A stretch of 63,290 bases of DNA, counting the filler, from Clostridia bacterium (GTDB taxonomy: Bacteria > CBDUZB01 > JAGLHV01): NCBI GenBank assembly GCA_030637025.1. It is 4 parts of 4 records of this genome, joined end to end, with 100 filler letters (N's around TTAATTAATTAA, not from the genome) between each part and the next. Parts side by side here need not be neighbours in the genome. Positions count along the whole stretch, not along the records: positions 27,164 to 54,860 come from DAOVVV010000032.1; positions 54,961 to 59,908 come from DAOVVV010000009.1; positions 60,009 to 63,290 come from DAOVVV010000072.1; 1 more part is not named here. One strand, 5' to 3'. Within the stretch, counting starts at the first letter, position 1, and every line of letters begins with the position of its first letter. The translations under genes were made by a program, and so were the position numbers. Positions 53,242-63,290 of the stretch are shown in pieces. Under the pieces are notes generated by a model that had not been told where the DNA came from, did no database searches, and worked only from the letters and a program-made list of their open reading frames with translations.

Positions 53242-54860
53242 GTGAAAAGAAAATATTTAACATTTTATAAAATAGGATTATTTTTTTTGGTTTATCTTGG
53301 ATTTATGTTTATTTTTAATATTAAAGTTTGGGCGGGAACATTGATTACTCTTTCTTCGACAAGCTATGACAGGGGTAATAGTGAGATAGCGAACGGAGTG
53401 GCGGCAGATAGTAATAATAATATTATTATTACCGGAGAAAGTTACAACGGAACAAATTATGATTGGTTTACCATAAAATATGATAGTAATTTAGTAATTA
53501 TTAGTTCGATAGTTTATGATGCGGGTGGTTCAAATGACGAGTTAGCATATGACGTGACTGTAGACGGTAATGATAATATTATTGTTACCGGGTATAGTAA
53601 TAATGGAATAAATGATAATTATTTTACCATAAAATATGATAATAATTTAGTAGTTATTACTTCGGCAGGTTATGATGGGGGTGGTGATGACGTAGCGTAT
53701 GGAGTGACGGTAGATGGTAATAATAATATTATTGTTGCCGGATATACTACTATTATTATTGGACTAGATCGGGATTATTTAACCATAAAATATGATAGCA
53801 ATTTAGTGATTATTTCTTCGGTAGCTTATGATGTGAGTAATTTTGATTATGCGGAGGGAGTGGCGACGGATGATAATAATAATATTATTGTTACCGGAAA
53901 AGTAAATGATGATTATTTAACCGTAAAATATGATAGTAATTTAATGGTTATTTCTTCGGCGACCTATGATGGGTTTAGTGCTGATTGGGCGTATGGAGTT
54001 ACGGCAGATAGTAATAATGATATTATTGTTACCGGAGAAAGGTTCAACGGAACAGAGTATGATTATTTAACTATAAAATATGATAGTAATTTAGTAGTTA
54101 TTTCTTCAGTGGCCTATGATGGGGGTAGCAATGATTATGCGGAGGGGGTGACGACAGATGACACTAATAATATTATTGTTGTCGGAGGAAGTAGGATTGG
54201 AGGAGATTATGATTATTTTACTATAAAATATGATAGTAATTTAGTAGTTATTTCTTCGGCGGTCTATGATGGGAGTAATTTGGATGAGGCGTACGCAGTA
54301 ACGACGGATGGCAATAATAATATTATTGTTACCGGGGTTCATAATAGTTCAGGAAATTATGATTATTTTACCATAAAATATCTTGGTTCACCTCAGGTAT
54401 TTTCTCTTTCTCCTTTCTTTGCCTTTTCCGGAGAGACATTATATATTGTTGTTAACGGTTTAAATTTTTATAATGGGGCTGATATTATGTTTAGTGGCAC
54501 AGGAATAACTATAAATTCGGTTGATTTTATTAGTGCTACTCAATTGCGAGCTAATATTACCATTGATGATAATGCTTTTTCCGGCAGCAGGGATATTACG
54601 GTGGCTAATATTGATGAAGCAACAGGGATATTGGCAGGAGGATTTGAAATCAGGGGAAACATTAGTTATCAGGAGGAAGATGATTCTCGTTTTGTTAAAC
54701 TAACCCCGAAGATAATTACGCCTAACGGGGATGGAATAAATGATGTAGCTAATTTTATTTTTACCAATCCTAATAACGAAACAGTTGAAGGAATGATATT
54801 TGATTTATCGGGCAGTGTGGTGAGGGATAACTTACCATCAAGTAGTATTACATCTTTAAC
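53242..54860 (+). CDS. Secreted beta-propeller repeat protein with Ig-like and gliding-motility/FlgD-like C-terminal domain (3'-truncated)
   Basis: Signal peptide ends KVWA. Seven repeats of AYGVxxDxNNNIIVTG..DYxTIKYD. ITPNGDGIND motif. Runs into the N gap. Confidence 0.88.
53360..54385 (+). repeat. Seven about 49-aa (about 147-nt) beta-propeller blade repeats
   Basis: Recurrent aaatatgatagtaatttagt and aatattattgttaccgg at regular spacing. Confidence 0.9.
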
Positions 54861-54960
54861 NNNNNNNNNNNNNNNNNNNNNNNNNNNNNNNNNNNNNNNN
54901 NNNNTTAATTAATTAANNNNNNNNNNNNNNNNNNNNNNNNNNNNNNNNNNNNNNNNNNNN
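54861..54960. other. Artificial contig spacer
   Basis: N-run, TTAATTAATTAA, N-run. Confidence 0.97.
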
Positions 54961-55263
54961 TTTCATGATTTGTATCAATTTAATTCGCCGGTCATAATTA
55001 TGAGGTATCCTTTGGACATAACCCCATTTTTCCAGACGATCTATAATACCGGTTATATCCGAACGGGAAACAACCAATCGAGAACTTAGCTCATATTGAC
55101 TGAGTTTAATTTCAGTGCTTTTTAAGATTATCAGCACATTATATTGTGCCGTAGTAAGATTATACGGCTTAAAAAACCGGTCAGCAGTTTTTGTCAATGA
55201 ATTAGCCGTTTGAACAAGGTTTAATATTACCTGATTAGCAAAGCTTCTTTTTTTAATATCCAT
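54961..55263 (-). CDS. MarR family transcriptional regulator (3'-truncated)
   Basis: LTTAQYNVL, ITGIIDRLEKWGYVQR, DRR; SD aggagg. Confidence 0.93.
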
Positions 55264-55303
55264 ATTATCCTCCTTTCCAAAAATTAATTATATAATAAAT
55301 TCA

Positions 55304-58300
55304 TTAGCTCTTACCAGAATAAATTTCTTCGGCTATTTTTTTTATTGCGGATAAGTCAAGTTTTCCGCTGCCTAATAAAGGAATATTTTCAATACGATGA
55401 AAATTACTACTCCGGGGTATCCACAATTTGGAAATATTTGATTCATTCATCTTTTTGCATATATCCTGCGGATCTAAATTAACAGTATACAACACTACCA
55501 ACTTTTCCCCTTTTTTTTCATCGGATACCGAAGTAACCACACATAATTGGTCAATTGCATTAAGAACAGTATGAATCATTTCTTCTGTCCCGATATGCGG
55601 AACCATTTCTCCTCCGATTTTACTAAACCTACTCTGTCGTGAAGTAAGCTGAATAAATCCATCTTCATCGATATTCCCGATATCTCCTGTAATATACCAA
55701 TCTCCATACATAACCGCTTTGGTCAACTCAGGTTGATGTAAATAACCGGCCATTACATTTCCTCCTTTTACCAACAAAAGGCCATCTTGATCAGGTCCTA
55801 ATTCGGCAAAAGTTTCAGGATTCACCACTTTTACTACTTCACCCGGTAAAGGATGCCCTACTTTACTTGCTTTATAGCACACCTGATGAATTATTTTATT
55901 TTCCTTTTTAAATGAATAATCCGGCACACTAACCGAAACAATAGGTGACAATTCCGTTGCTCCATATCCTTCCATAGGTACAATATTAAATTTTTCATAG
56001 AAACTCCAAGCAATTTTTTCTTTTAATTTTTCTGCACCAACAACTAAATATTTTAAACTTTTAAATTGTTCCGGTTTAATTTTTCTAATGTACGATAAAA
56101 GAAATGTGGGGGTGCTGAGCAATAAAGTCGGCTTATATTTATCAGCTAATTTGCCAATTACCTCGGCTTCCAGAGGATTATAATGGTAAACAACCCCTGC
56201 TCCCGAAAGCAGAGGAAACCACAATGTTGCGGTAAATCCAAATGAATGAAAAAGAGGTAATATACCCAAAACTTTGTCATTTTTTTCAATATTAAATATT
56301 TGGTAAAATCCTTCAACATTAGTAGTAATATTGGCATGGGTCAACATAATTCCTTTAGGAACACCGGTTGACCCACTGGAAAAAATGATAGTTGCCACAT
56401 TTTGCATTGAATCAGATAAAGTCTTTTTTAACTTAAACCGGGCATACATCTTTACCGGCATTAACCATGCCTTTATTATTGAAACAACCATGGGGATAAT
56501 TGACATTTCTTTTACCAAATCTTCGATAAAAAGCATATTTTTAAACTGAGGAATATTTCTTTTTTTCAGAAATTTTCTGGAAGTTATAATATAGTTAATG
56601 TTACATTGGTCTACAATTTTTTCCATAACTTCCTGAGAAAGAGTAAAATTAATATTTACCGGAATCATTTCTGTCAATGATACACTTATATTTGACAAGA
56701 CGGCAGCAACTGAAGATGGAAGCAATATACCCACCATCTTCTGAGGAGGCATATGTTTTTTAATGATTTTTGACAGAGCCAAACTTACATATAAAGCTTT
56801 ACCGTAAGAAAGTTTTTTACCTGTAGAATCCGCCATACAAAATTTAAAAGGGTGTTTTTTCGCCTCTCTCCAAAAAGCCAGTGGCAACGGAATATAATCT
56901 TCAACCCGGTATTTAAAAGCCTCCGAACCCAATTCTAACACTTTTTGCCGTACCGCAAATACCTTTGAATCCGGTGGCATTAGCTCGCCAAACGATACGG
57001 TTACCGGATAAGGTATTCTCTTGGGGATTTTAAAAAAGAATTTATTATCTTTAAAACTAAAAATACTGCCCCAAACCCGATCCAGATACACCGGAATAAT
57101 CGGGCAATTTGTTCCTTTAACCATATATTCAAAACCCTTATTAAATGGAAGCATATTACCTGTTCTACTCAATTGCCCTTCGGCAAAAATACAGACTAAT
57201 CCACCTTTATTTAATTCTTCCTTTACTTTTTTAAAAGCCTTTATAATTTCTTTAGGTGAATCTTCTGCGGATACAGGAATAGCATTGGCTAAATTAAATA
57301 ATATTTTAAGTAATGGATTACGGTACAATTTACCATAGACGACAAAGCGTACCGGTCGTGATAATGAAAACTGAATTAAAAATCCATCTATATATGAAAC
57401 ATGATTAGCCACCAATAAGGCAGGTCCTTCCGCAGGAATATGCTCTTTACCAACAGCCTTTATTTTATAAATCGAATGTGTTATCACCCATAAAACAAAA
57501 CGAATCAGAGCATCGGGAAGCAGTTTACAAATATAAACGGAAACAGCTATAGTCACAATACCAATATAGATAAAAATTTGTGCTGTGTTTAAATGAATAA
57601 TCTCTCTCAAGAACCACAACATACCGTTTGCCAGAAATATTGCTAAAAATTGAAGAAAATAATTAGCTGCCAATATCCTGCCGCGCATTTGATAATGACT
57701 TTTTCCCTGAATATAGGAAACAAGCGGAACGAGAAAAAAACCACCGCTTATACCTAACATAAAAAGGCAAATCCCCGTAATGAGGAAAGAATTATAACTT
57801 AATCCTAAAAATATAGAAAATATACTCAATCCGATACTACCTAAAGGTACCAGTCCAAACTCAATTTTTCCTTCTGAAAATTTACCGGCCAAAACGCTTC
57901 CACAAGCAAGTCCCAGTGCAATCATAGTAACCAAAATACCCGAATAAGTTTCACTAAGGTTCATCATGTTTTTAGCGTAAATAAGGATACTCAATTGAAA
58001 AAGCCCGGCTAATAAATAAAAATAGACCGTACCCATTATGGATAAATACAGCCCCCATGATCTATAAACATCTTTCATAGTGTTTAAAATTTCAGTAACA
58101 AAATTAAATCGAAATTTTCTCCTGCTTCCCGAAGCAGCTACTTTACTAATAAAAATGCTGGTTAAAATTCCTGCCAATGATATCAATATAAAAATCATTG
58201 ATACCATATAAAGTCTTTCTTTAAAAAAAGCAAGAAAAAACCCTCCTGAAGCCATTCCCAAAATAATGGCCAGGTTGGTCCACATGTTCAATAGACCATT

Positions 58301-58720
58301 ACCCCAGGAAAGTTCTTCTTCTGTTAATAATTCGGGAATAATACCGTATTTGGACGGCCCAAAAAAAGCACTTTGCGTTCCCATCAGAAAAAGGACAACA
58401 AACATCAACCAAATACTTCCCATCACAAAAGCAATAAACCCCATTATCATAACAAAAAGTTCTGCGACTTTCGCCCAGATAATAACTGTTCTCTTGCTGA
58501 ACCTGTCTGCAAGAAAACCGGCATACGTTGAAAACAATAAAAAAGGTAATATAAACAAAGCTCCGGCAAGGGACACATAAATTGTACCACTGCTTGAGGT
58601 TACAAAAAGTTTAATTGCAAGAAGAGATATAACCATTTTAAAGGCATTGTCATTAAAAGCACCCAGAAACTGAGTAACCAATAAAGCTTTAAATCCCCTT
58701 TTTTTCAAAAGTGCAAACAT
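55304..58720 (-). CDS. aas: Acyl-[ACP]--phospholipid O-acyltransferase / acyl-ACP synthetase fused to LplT-like MFS domain (Aas type)
   Basis: MFS (TQFLGAFNDN, FFGPSKY), acyltransferase (NHVSYID, FAEG), AMP-binding (FSSGSTGVPKG, EGYGATE, TGD, SKIGGEMV). Confidence 0.93.
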   Translation of the reverse strand: MFALLKKRGFKALLVTQFLGAFNDNAFKMVISLLAIKLFVTSSSGTIYVSLAGALFILPFLLFSTYAGFLADRFSKRTVIIWAKVAELFVMIMGFIAFVMGSIWLMFVVLFLMGTQSAFFGPSKYGIIPELLTEEELSWGNGLLNMWTNLAIILGMASGGFFLAFFKERLYMVSMIFILISLAGILTSIFISKVAASGSRRKFRFNFVTEILNTMKDVYRSWGLYLSIMGTVYFYLLAGLFQLSILIYAKNMMNLSETYSGILVTMIALGLACGSVLAGKFSEGKIEFGLVPLGSIGLSIFSIFLGLSYNSFLITGICLFMLGISGGFFLVPLVSYIQGKSHYQMRGRILAANYFLQFLAIFLANGMLWFLREIIHLNTAQIFIYIGIVTIAVSVYICKLLPDALIRFVLWVITHSIYKIKAVGKEHIPAEGPALLVANHVSYIDGFLIQFSLSRPVRFVVYGKLYRNPLLKILFNLANAIPVSAEDSPKEIIKAFKKVKEELNKGGLVCIFAEGQLSRTGNMLPFNKGFEYMVKGTNCPIIPVYLDRVWGSIFSFKDNKFFFKIPKRIPYPVTVSFGELMPPDSKVFAVRQKVLELGSEAFKYRVEDYIPLPLAFWREAKKHPFKFCMADSTGKKLSYGKALYVSLALSKIIKKHMPPQKMVGILLPSSVAAVLSNISVSLTEMIPVNINFTLSQEVMEKIVDQCNINYIITSRKFLKKRNIPQFKNMLFIEDLVKEMSIIPMVVSIIKAWLMPVKMYARFKLKKTLSDSMQNVATIIFSSGSTGVPKGIMLTHANITTNVEGFYQIFNIEKNDKVLGILPLFHSFGFTATLWFPLLSGAGVVYHYNPLEAEVIGKLADKYKPTLLLSTPTFLLSYIRKIKPEQFKSLKYLVVGAEKLKEKIAWSFYEKFNIVPMEGYGATELSPIVSVSVPDYSFKKENKIIHQVCYKASKVGHPLPGEVVKVVNPETFAELGPDQDGLLLVKGGNVMAGYLHQPELTKAVMYGDWYITGDIGNIDEDGFIQLTSRQSRFSKIGGEMVPHIGTEEMIHTVLNAIDQLCVVTSVSDEKKGEKLVVLYTVNLDPQDICKKMNESNISKLWIPRSSNFHRIENIPLLGSGKLDLSAIKKIAEEIYSGKS

Positions 58721-58737
58721 ATTGTTTACCTCCTTAT

Positions 58738-58753
58738 TGTTAACCTATTAACA
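58738..58753. promoter_or_regulatory. Palindromic operator candidate (MarR)
   Basis: TGTTAA-N4-TTAACA between the -10 box and the SD. Confidence 0.55.
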
Positions 58754-58781
58754 GTATATCACATAACAGTAAACCTGTCAA
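58753..58781 (-). promoter_or_regulatory. Sigma70 promoter of aas-marR
   Basis: Minus strand TTGACA-17 nt-TATACT, followed by SD AAGGAGG (58729-58735). Confidence 0.8.
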
Positions 58782-59158
58782 GTAAAAAATTATTAACTAC
58801 ACCGAATCCACTTAATATAATATTTATTTAAAACCCACCGGAAGGATTTTTAGGAGGTGTCTTATCCTAATTTTAACTCATCAATACTGTGTCACAAATA
58901 GCCATATACTCTCTTCATTCCTATCATATATTGTCATAAACTATATTTGACTATTCTTTTCAAACTCCCAAATTCAAATTTCAAATTTCAAACTTTTTTA
59001 AAACAAATTTAAAATAATAAAACCAATCTAAACTCCGCCTTATAGACTAGCGGACAGGTAGACAATTAAACTGTTTTTTTACTATCTTTTTGATGCCTTT
59101 GTGCCTGTCTTTTTCTTTTAACTGTCTTCCCTATTTCGCCAGAACACAATCATAAAAG

Positions 59159-59326
59159 AAAATAAAGGCAACATGTGTTTTGAACAATTTAGCAAATTTT
59201 AGCAAAAATTAGCGTTAAAAAAATAAGCCTGTATGAGCAAAGCGAGTTGCTTATTTTTAGCTTGTTTTTGCGTGCCCAGAGGGTAAAATTATGCGTTTAG
59301 AGAAAAACATATTTTGCCTTTATTTT
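59159..59326. repeat. Long imperfect foldback (REP/MITE-like) element
   Basis: Outer IR aaaataaaggcaacatgtgtttt / aaaacatattttgcctttatttt (21 of 23 match), inner IR aaaaataagc / gcttattttt, core tgtatgagcaaagcgagtt. Confidence 0.65.
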
Positions 59327-59908
59327 GCCACCACAACCGTCCCATTAAACACTTTCCCACCCACTTTAATTTGATAAATATACACCTTACCACTTACAAC
59401 ACATCCACTATTATCCCGGCCATCCCAGGTTAAAGATGTCGTACTACTTGTTGGTAAGTTATCTCTCACCACACTACCCGATAAATCAAATATCATTCCT
59501 TCAACTGTTTCATTATCAGGATTGGTAAAAATAAAATTAGCCACATCATTTATTCCATCTCCGTTAGGAGTGATTATTTTAGGACTTAACTCAACAAAAC
59601 GGGATTCTTCTTCCTCATGAAAACTAATGTTTTCCCTGATTTCAAATCCTCCTGCTAACATTCCGCTTGCTTCATCAATATTAGTTACTGTAATATCCCT
59701 ACTGCCGGAAAAAACATTATCATCAACAGTAAAATTAACTCGCAATTGAGTAGCACTAATAAAATCAATGGAATTTATGGTTATTACAGATACACTAAAC
59801 ATAATATCAGCTCCATTATAGAAATCTAAACCGTTAACGAAAATATCAAATGTTTCTACCTGAGAAGGTAAAAAAGGGGAAAGAGAAAATACTTGAGTAT
59901 AACAAAGA
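59320..59908 (-). CDS. C-terminal part of a paralog of the 53242 secreted protein (5'-truncated)
   Basis: Frame stays open from the gap (LCYTQVFSLSPF...FYNGADIMFS). Closely similar to 54380-54860. Ends WDGRD...VYIYQI...FNGTVVVAK. Confidence 0.88.
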
Positions 59909-60008
59909 NNNNNNNNNNNNNNNNNNNNNNNNNNNNNNNNNNNNNNNNNNNNTTAATTAATTAANNNNNNNNNNNNNNNNNNNNNNNNNNNNNNNNNNNN
60001 NNNNNNNN
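59909..60008. other. Artificial contig spacer
   Basis: N-run, TTAATTAATTAA, N-run. Confidence 0.97.
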
Positions 60009-60070
60009 CAAGTGAGTAAGCGTTTAACGCATCAGATATGCGTTTTGCAATAGCGACAATATATAAGCTT

Positions 60071-60148
60071 GCCCCCATCGTCTAGCCTGGTCTAGGACAT
60101 GTGGTTCTCAGCCATAAAACAGGGGTTCGAATCCCCTTGGGGGTACCA
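60071..60148 (+). tRNA. tRNA-Glu (anticodon CTC)
   Basis: Acceptor GCCCCCA/TGGGGGT, anticodon arm TGTGG-TTCTCAG-CCATA, T arm AGGGG-TTCGAAT-CCCCT, encoded CCA. Confidence 0.95.
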
Positions 60149-60151
60149 AAT

Positions 60152-60183
60152 AAAAAGATTCTCAATTTTTTGAGAATCTTTTT
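60152..60183. terminator. Intrinsic terminator after tRNA (potentially bidirectional)
   Basis: aaaaagattctcaa-tttt-ttgagaatcttttt perfect inverted repeat. Confidence 0.8.
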
Positions 60184-60325
60184 CCATATGGGGAAACGAA
60201 GTTTCCCGTGACCTCTAACCCCTAATCCCCACACCCTATCCCCAGTTTTTTAGAGCACGGTCTTGTTTTCCAAAGGTTAGCGGAAGATGCGAACTACGTT
60301 CGATTCCCCTTTAGAGCATTAAAAA

Positions 60326-62152
60326 TTAACTACTTGATAATAATTCTTCTCTTTTATAAATATAAAAAGCAGTCGGTACAGGTTTGTAGTCAAGATACCA
60401 TTGCAACGTATTTTCCAGCCTAAAAAGCGTTTTTAACTCAGAAAGCCTCAAGGGAAAAAATTCAGGGACAACAATTTCTTTTCCTTCAAAGCGGATAAAA
60501 TCCACCTCATTAGAAATAGAAAATTTTATTTTTCGTTTTTCAAACATCCTCTCTAAATTTTCTAACAACTCTTCCTCTGATGGCCATCCCTTAAGCGATT
60601 TGGAACATATTATCATAACATCTATTTCTTCCAGCTGGTTGAAAAATTCCGTAGGGCAACTGAAAAAATCAATTATCTCCGGTAAATTTTTACTATCCAG
60701 CAAAAATCTGGCTCCGATATGTGTATAGATATCAATAAGATACTCCTCAGTTCCTAACGCCAAAATTCCTATTTTGTATTTATGGTTACCAATCTCACTG
60801 AAAGTTTCTATGAAATCCTCTTTTTCCTCCCCTGAAGCAAAAAACATTATATGCGGCGAACTGTTATCATAAGAAAAAACTGCCGCCAAAATAATTATCA
60901 GAGCAAGCGAATACCTAATAATTTTCTTGGATATTTTATTTACGGCAATGCTAATAAGCAGAACAAAAGCCGGCAACACAGGGAGAATATAGCTAACCTC
61001 CAAGGGATAACGATGATCCTGAAAAAAACCAGTGGGTTCCATCCCTACAAATCGACTTATAAGAAATGCTGCTTTGAAAAACACAGGGATAACCAGAAAT
61101 GGAGAAAAAGCCCAAACAAAAAAAATATGTTTGGAACTTGATTTTAAAAAAGCAAGAAATATGCAAGCAGTAAAAAACAAGCCGACAAAAAAAGGGGACG
61201 GCAGATAATGCTTTGTAATATCAAAATAAAACTGAGACATTTGAAAAAAGCTTTTACCTGAGTAGAAATTAACATTTACTAAAACATCCGCAGAATGGTT
61301 TAAAAACTGTCGATTATGGTAATAACTAGAAGTAATCAATACAGCCACTAGAAAAGCCAGCACAATATTAATCACACGCTTTCTATCTTGAAGTTCTTTA
61401 CATAAAACTGTCCTCAATATTTCTAGAAATAATATTGCAATCAAGAAAACAATGAATGTCTGCCGGGTCAGCATACCTAAGCCTAAACTAATGCCGAAAA
61501 AGATTGAAAAATTTTTCTCCCTAAAATTATTACATTTAAGATAAAAATAAAAACTGGCAGTAACCATTGCGCAAACAGCTAATTCCAAATTAAATTGGCG
61601 CATGCTGTGATAAATTATAGGGCAAAAAGAAATAAGAAAAACAGACAAGATCCCGCTGCCCTTTATAGCTAATTCACTTATTTTAAACGTAAAAATGATA
61701 AGAAAAACAAAAAAGACACTGCTAGTAAGTAAAATTACTCTCGCGCTTATCCATCCCAGAAAAATTTTAAGCAAAACCCCGACGAAAAAATAAAATGGCG
61801 GATAGTTAGGGCGCGCAAATATAAATTTATACAAAAAGGAATGCCCATTGTCAACCAACATCGCTATATTTCTTGCTTGAGCTATTTTAATCATGTCGGA
61901 AAGTTGATAAAGATGGGAATACGTATCTTTACCCAGCGGCATATCATTGACATTTAACCAGCAAATAGTTTTTATCAAATGAAATAATACTATGATAAGC
62001 ACAAGAATAATCATCTTATGCTTATTGGTGATCACAAATTTAAGCGGCATATCTTCTTTTCTGTTTTCAATGCTTTTATAAATTGTATGATTTTTTTTAT
62101 GCTCAATTCTTAACCATACAATTTTAGCATTTATTTTATCAATAAATTCCAC
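60326..62152 (-). CDS. ArnT/PMT-like (GT-C fold) membrane glycosyltransferase
   Basis: TM1 then D..SH, YPPFYF, GLGMLTRQTF, about 12 TMs, soluble C-terminal domain. True start probably near 62050. Confidence 0.8.
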   Translation of the reverse strand: MEFIDKINAKIVWLRIEHKKNHTIYKSIENRKEDMPLKFVITNKHKMIILVLIIVLFHLIKTICWLNVNDMPLGKDTYSHLYQLSDMIKIAQARNIAMLVDNGHSFLYKFIFARPNYPPFYFFVGVLLKIFLGWISARVILLTSSVFFVFLIIFTFKISELAIKGSGILSVFLISFCPIIYHSMRQFNLELAVCAMVTASFYFYLKCNNFREKNFSIFFGISLGLGMLTRQTFIVFLIAILFLEILRTVLCKELQDRKRVINIVLAFLVAVLITSSYYHNRQFLNHSADVLVNVNFYSGKSFFQMSQFYFDITKHYLPSPFFVGLFFTACIFLAFLKSSSKHIFFVWAFSPFLVIPVFFKAAFLISRFVGMEPTGFFQDHRYPLEVSYILPVLPAFVLLISIAVNKISKKIIRYSLALIIILAAVFSYDNSSPHIMFFASGEEKEDFIETFSEIGNHKYKIGILALGTEEYLIDIYTHIGARFLLDSKNLPEIIDFFSCPTEFFNQLEEIDVMIICSKSLKGWPSEEELLENLERMFEKRKIKFSISNEVDFIRFEGKEIVVPEFFPLRLSELKTLFRLENTLQWYLDYKPVPTAFYIYKREELLSSS

Positions 62153-62436
62153 TTAAATTCAAGTGAGAATCGGCCTGTTTTGAATAAAGACTATTTTTTA
62201 CAAACTTTGCATTTTGTATCATACATACACGTAACCACCTAAAAAACAAAAGAAAATATTATCATTAATAAATCAATTTAACCAAACAATAACCAGCTCA
62301 TAATATTCCCCTTTCTTATTCCTTAATAATACTGCCGTCCGGCAATAAATTCTTCGACGGATTTTTTTCAGCAATTCTGCGTTTAAATCTTACGCAATGC
62401 GGATCATTTTACTTAAAATTTTCTTTTTTCATTATC

Positions 62437-62919
62437 TCAAAGCTTATATTTTATAGTCCGCAGCAGATTTTTACGACATTTAATATCTTTTTTCTTCTCT
62501 ATGCCTTTAGGCTTAGATCCGTCAATAACTCCAATAATCCCTCTACCCTGCACCGTCTCGGCAGTAAGCACTTCAAGCGGATTGGCAGTAGCACAGAATA
62601 TCCGGCAAATTTCTGGAATATTTTTCAGTGCGTTCATTACATTTATGGGAAAAGCTTTTCTTATAAAAAGCACAAAACAATGCCCTGCAGCTATTTCAAG
62701 CGCTGCTTTCTCGGCCCTTTTTTTTAACTCCCGATCATTGCCCTCAGACCTGACTAAACAAGCATCTGAGGCCTCGCAAAATCCAACCCCGAATTTTATC
62801 CCAGGAACAGTCCCGACCAATGCCTCATGGATATCTTCTACTGTTTTAATAAAATGACTTTGTCCGACAATTACATTAGCTTCACTTGGAATTTCTATTC
62901 TAATACTGTCAATTTCCAT
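62437..62919 (-). CDS. Adenosine-specific kinase family protein
   Basis: NVIVGQSHFIKTVEDIHE, FCEAS, FPINV, IFCATANP, GRGIIGVIDG. Confidence 0.92.
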   Translation of the reverse strand: MEIDSIRIEIPSEANVIVGQSHFIKTVEDIHEALVGTVPGIKFGVGFCEASDACLVRSEGNDRELKKRAEKAALEIAAGHCFVLFIRKAFPINVMNALKNIPEICRIFCATANPLEVLTAETVQGRGIIGVIDGSKPKGIEKKKDIKCRKNLLRTIKYKL

Positions 62920-63063
62920 AATTACCCCCTTGTAAATATTGGTTCTTTCTTAAACTTTGTGATAAATATTCGGACTAAATCAATCATGCTTAAATTATAG
63001 CAAAAAATATGTTTTTGTACAGAAAAAGAGGCTCTTTCTTATTTAGTGTGGACTTCGAATAAA

Positions 63064-63290
63064 GATTATGGGGGAATTTTTAAGCGCGTTCACTGATTTA
63101 GGCAAATATTCGTTGTGTTTTTGGGTACCCTTGACATCTTTGATGTCAAGGGCGCGAAGAGTGTCTGAGCTATTGACATTTTTAATGTCAATGGTGAGTT
63201 TCTGAAGCGCTAAAAATACAGCGGATATTTGCCGGTACCGCTGTTCTTTGGCGGTAAAATTGGTGCCAAGCGTAAAATTTACCCATAATC
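63064..63290. repeat. Long imperfect foldback (REP/MITE-like) element with nested hairpins
   Basis: Ends gattatggg / cccataatc. Inner arms 63101-63124 / 63210-63233. Twin hairpins ttgacat(c/t)ttt(g/a)atgtcaa. Core tgtctgagc...gtgagtt. Confidence 0.65.

Noticed and set aside
53360-54385. Possible CRISPR or DGR repeats
   Set aside because: Protein-coding propeller blades; no reverse transcriptase and no adenine-specific variation seen.
60071-62152. Integrative element at tRNA-Glu
   Set aside because: No integrase and no duplicated tRNA 3' end visible in this contig piece.

Overview
AT-rich bacterial sequence made of four contig pieces joined by artificial 100-nt spacers (N-run, TTAATTAATTAA, N-run) at 27064-27163, 54861-54960 and 59909-60008, so adjacency across these spacers means nothing. 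The protein families resemble those I associate with uncultured Elusimicrobiota/Omnitrophota-like lineages; this is tentative. Piece 1 (1-27063) is the unusual part. It holds the 3' end of a large unknown gene, then a signal-peptide-bearing ORF containing a SecM-like QGIRGSP motif, then a giant ORF of at least 7,840 aa truncated at the gap. In one reading frame that ORF carries a signal peptide, a TraB/TIKI-like domain, a SecA-like ATPase, TM clusters, helical repeats, a histidine-kinase ATPase domain, a possible colicin-D-like RNase domain, a complete 10-TM SecY-like channel, a second SecA-like ATPase, a Pro/Thr/Glu linker and about 100-aa repeats. Internal signal-peptide-like repeats punctuate it. 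It looks like a polyprotein encoding its own Sec-derived translocon. Piece 2 is mostly housekeeping (dinB, M48 peptidase, diguanylate cyclase, hisS-aspS-phoH-HD-ybeY-dgkA-2xCNNM-recO-glyQS). It also has an AEP-primase/PriL-like orphan, a serine-palmitoyltransferase-like gene, an FHA/PP2C/Ser-Thr kinase module and a secreted beta-propeller protein. Piece 3 has aas-marR and a paralogous secreted-protein tail. Piece 4 has tRNA-Glu(CTC), an ArnT-like glycosyltransferase, an adenosine-specific-kinase-family gene and a long foldback element. All domain calls come from motif recognition by eye; no searches were run.
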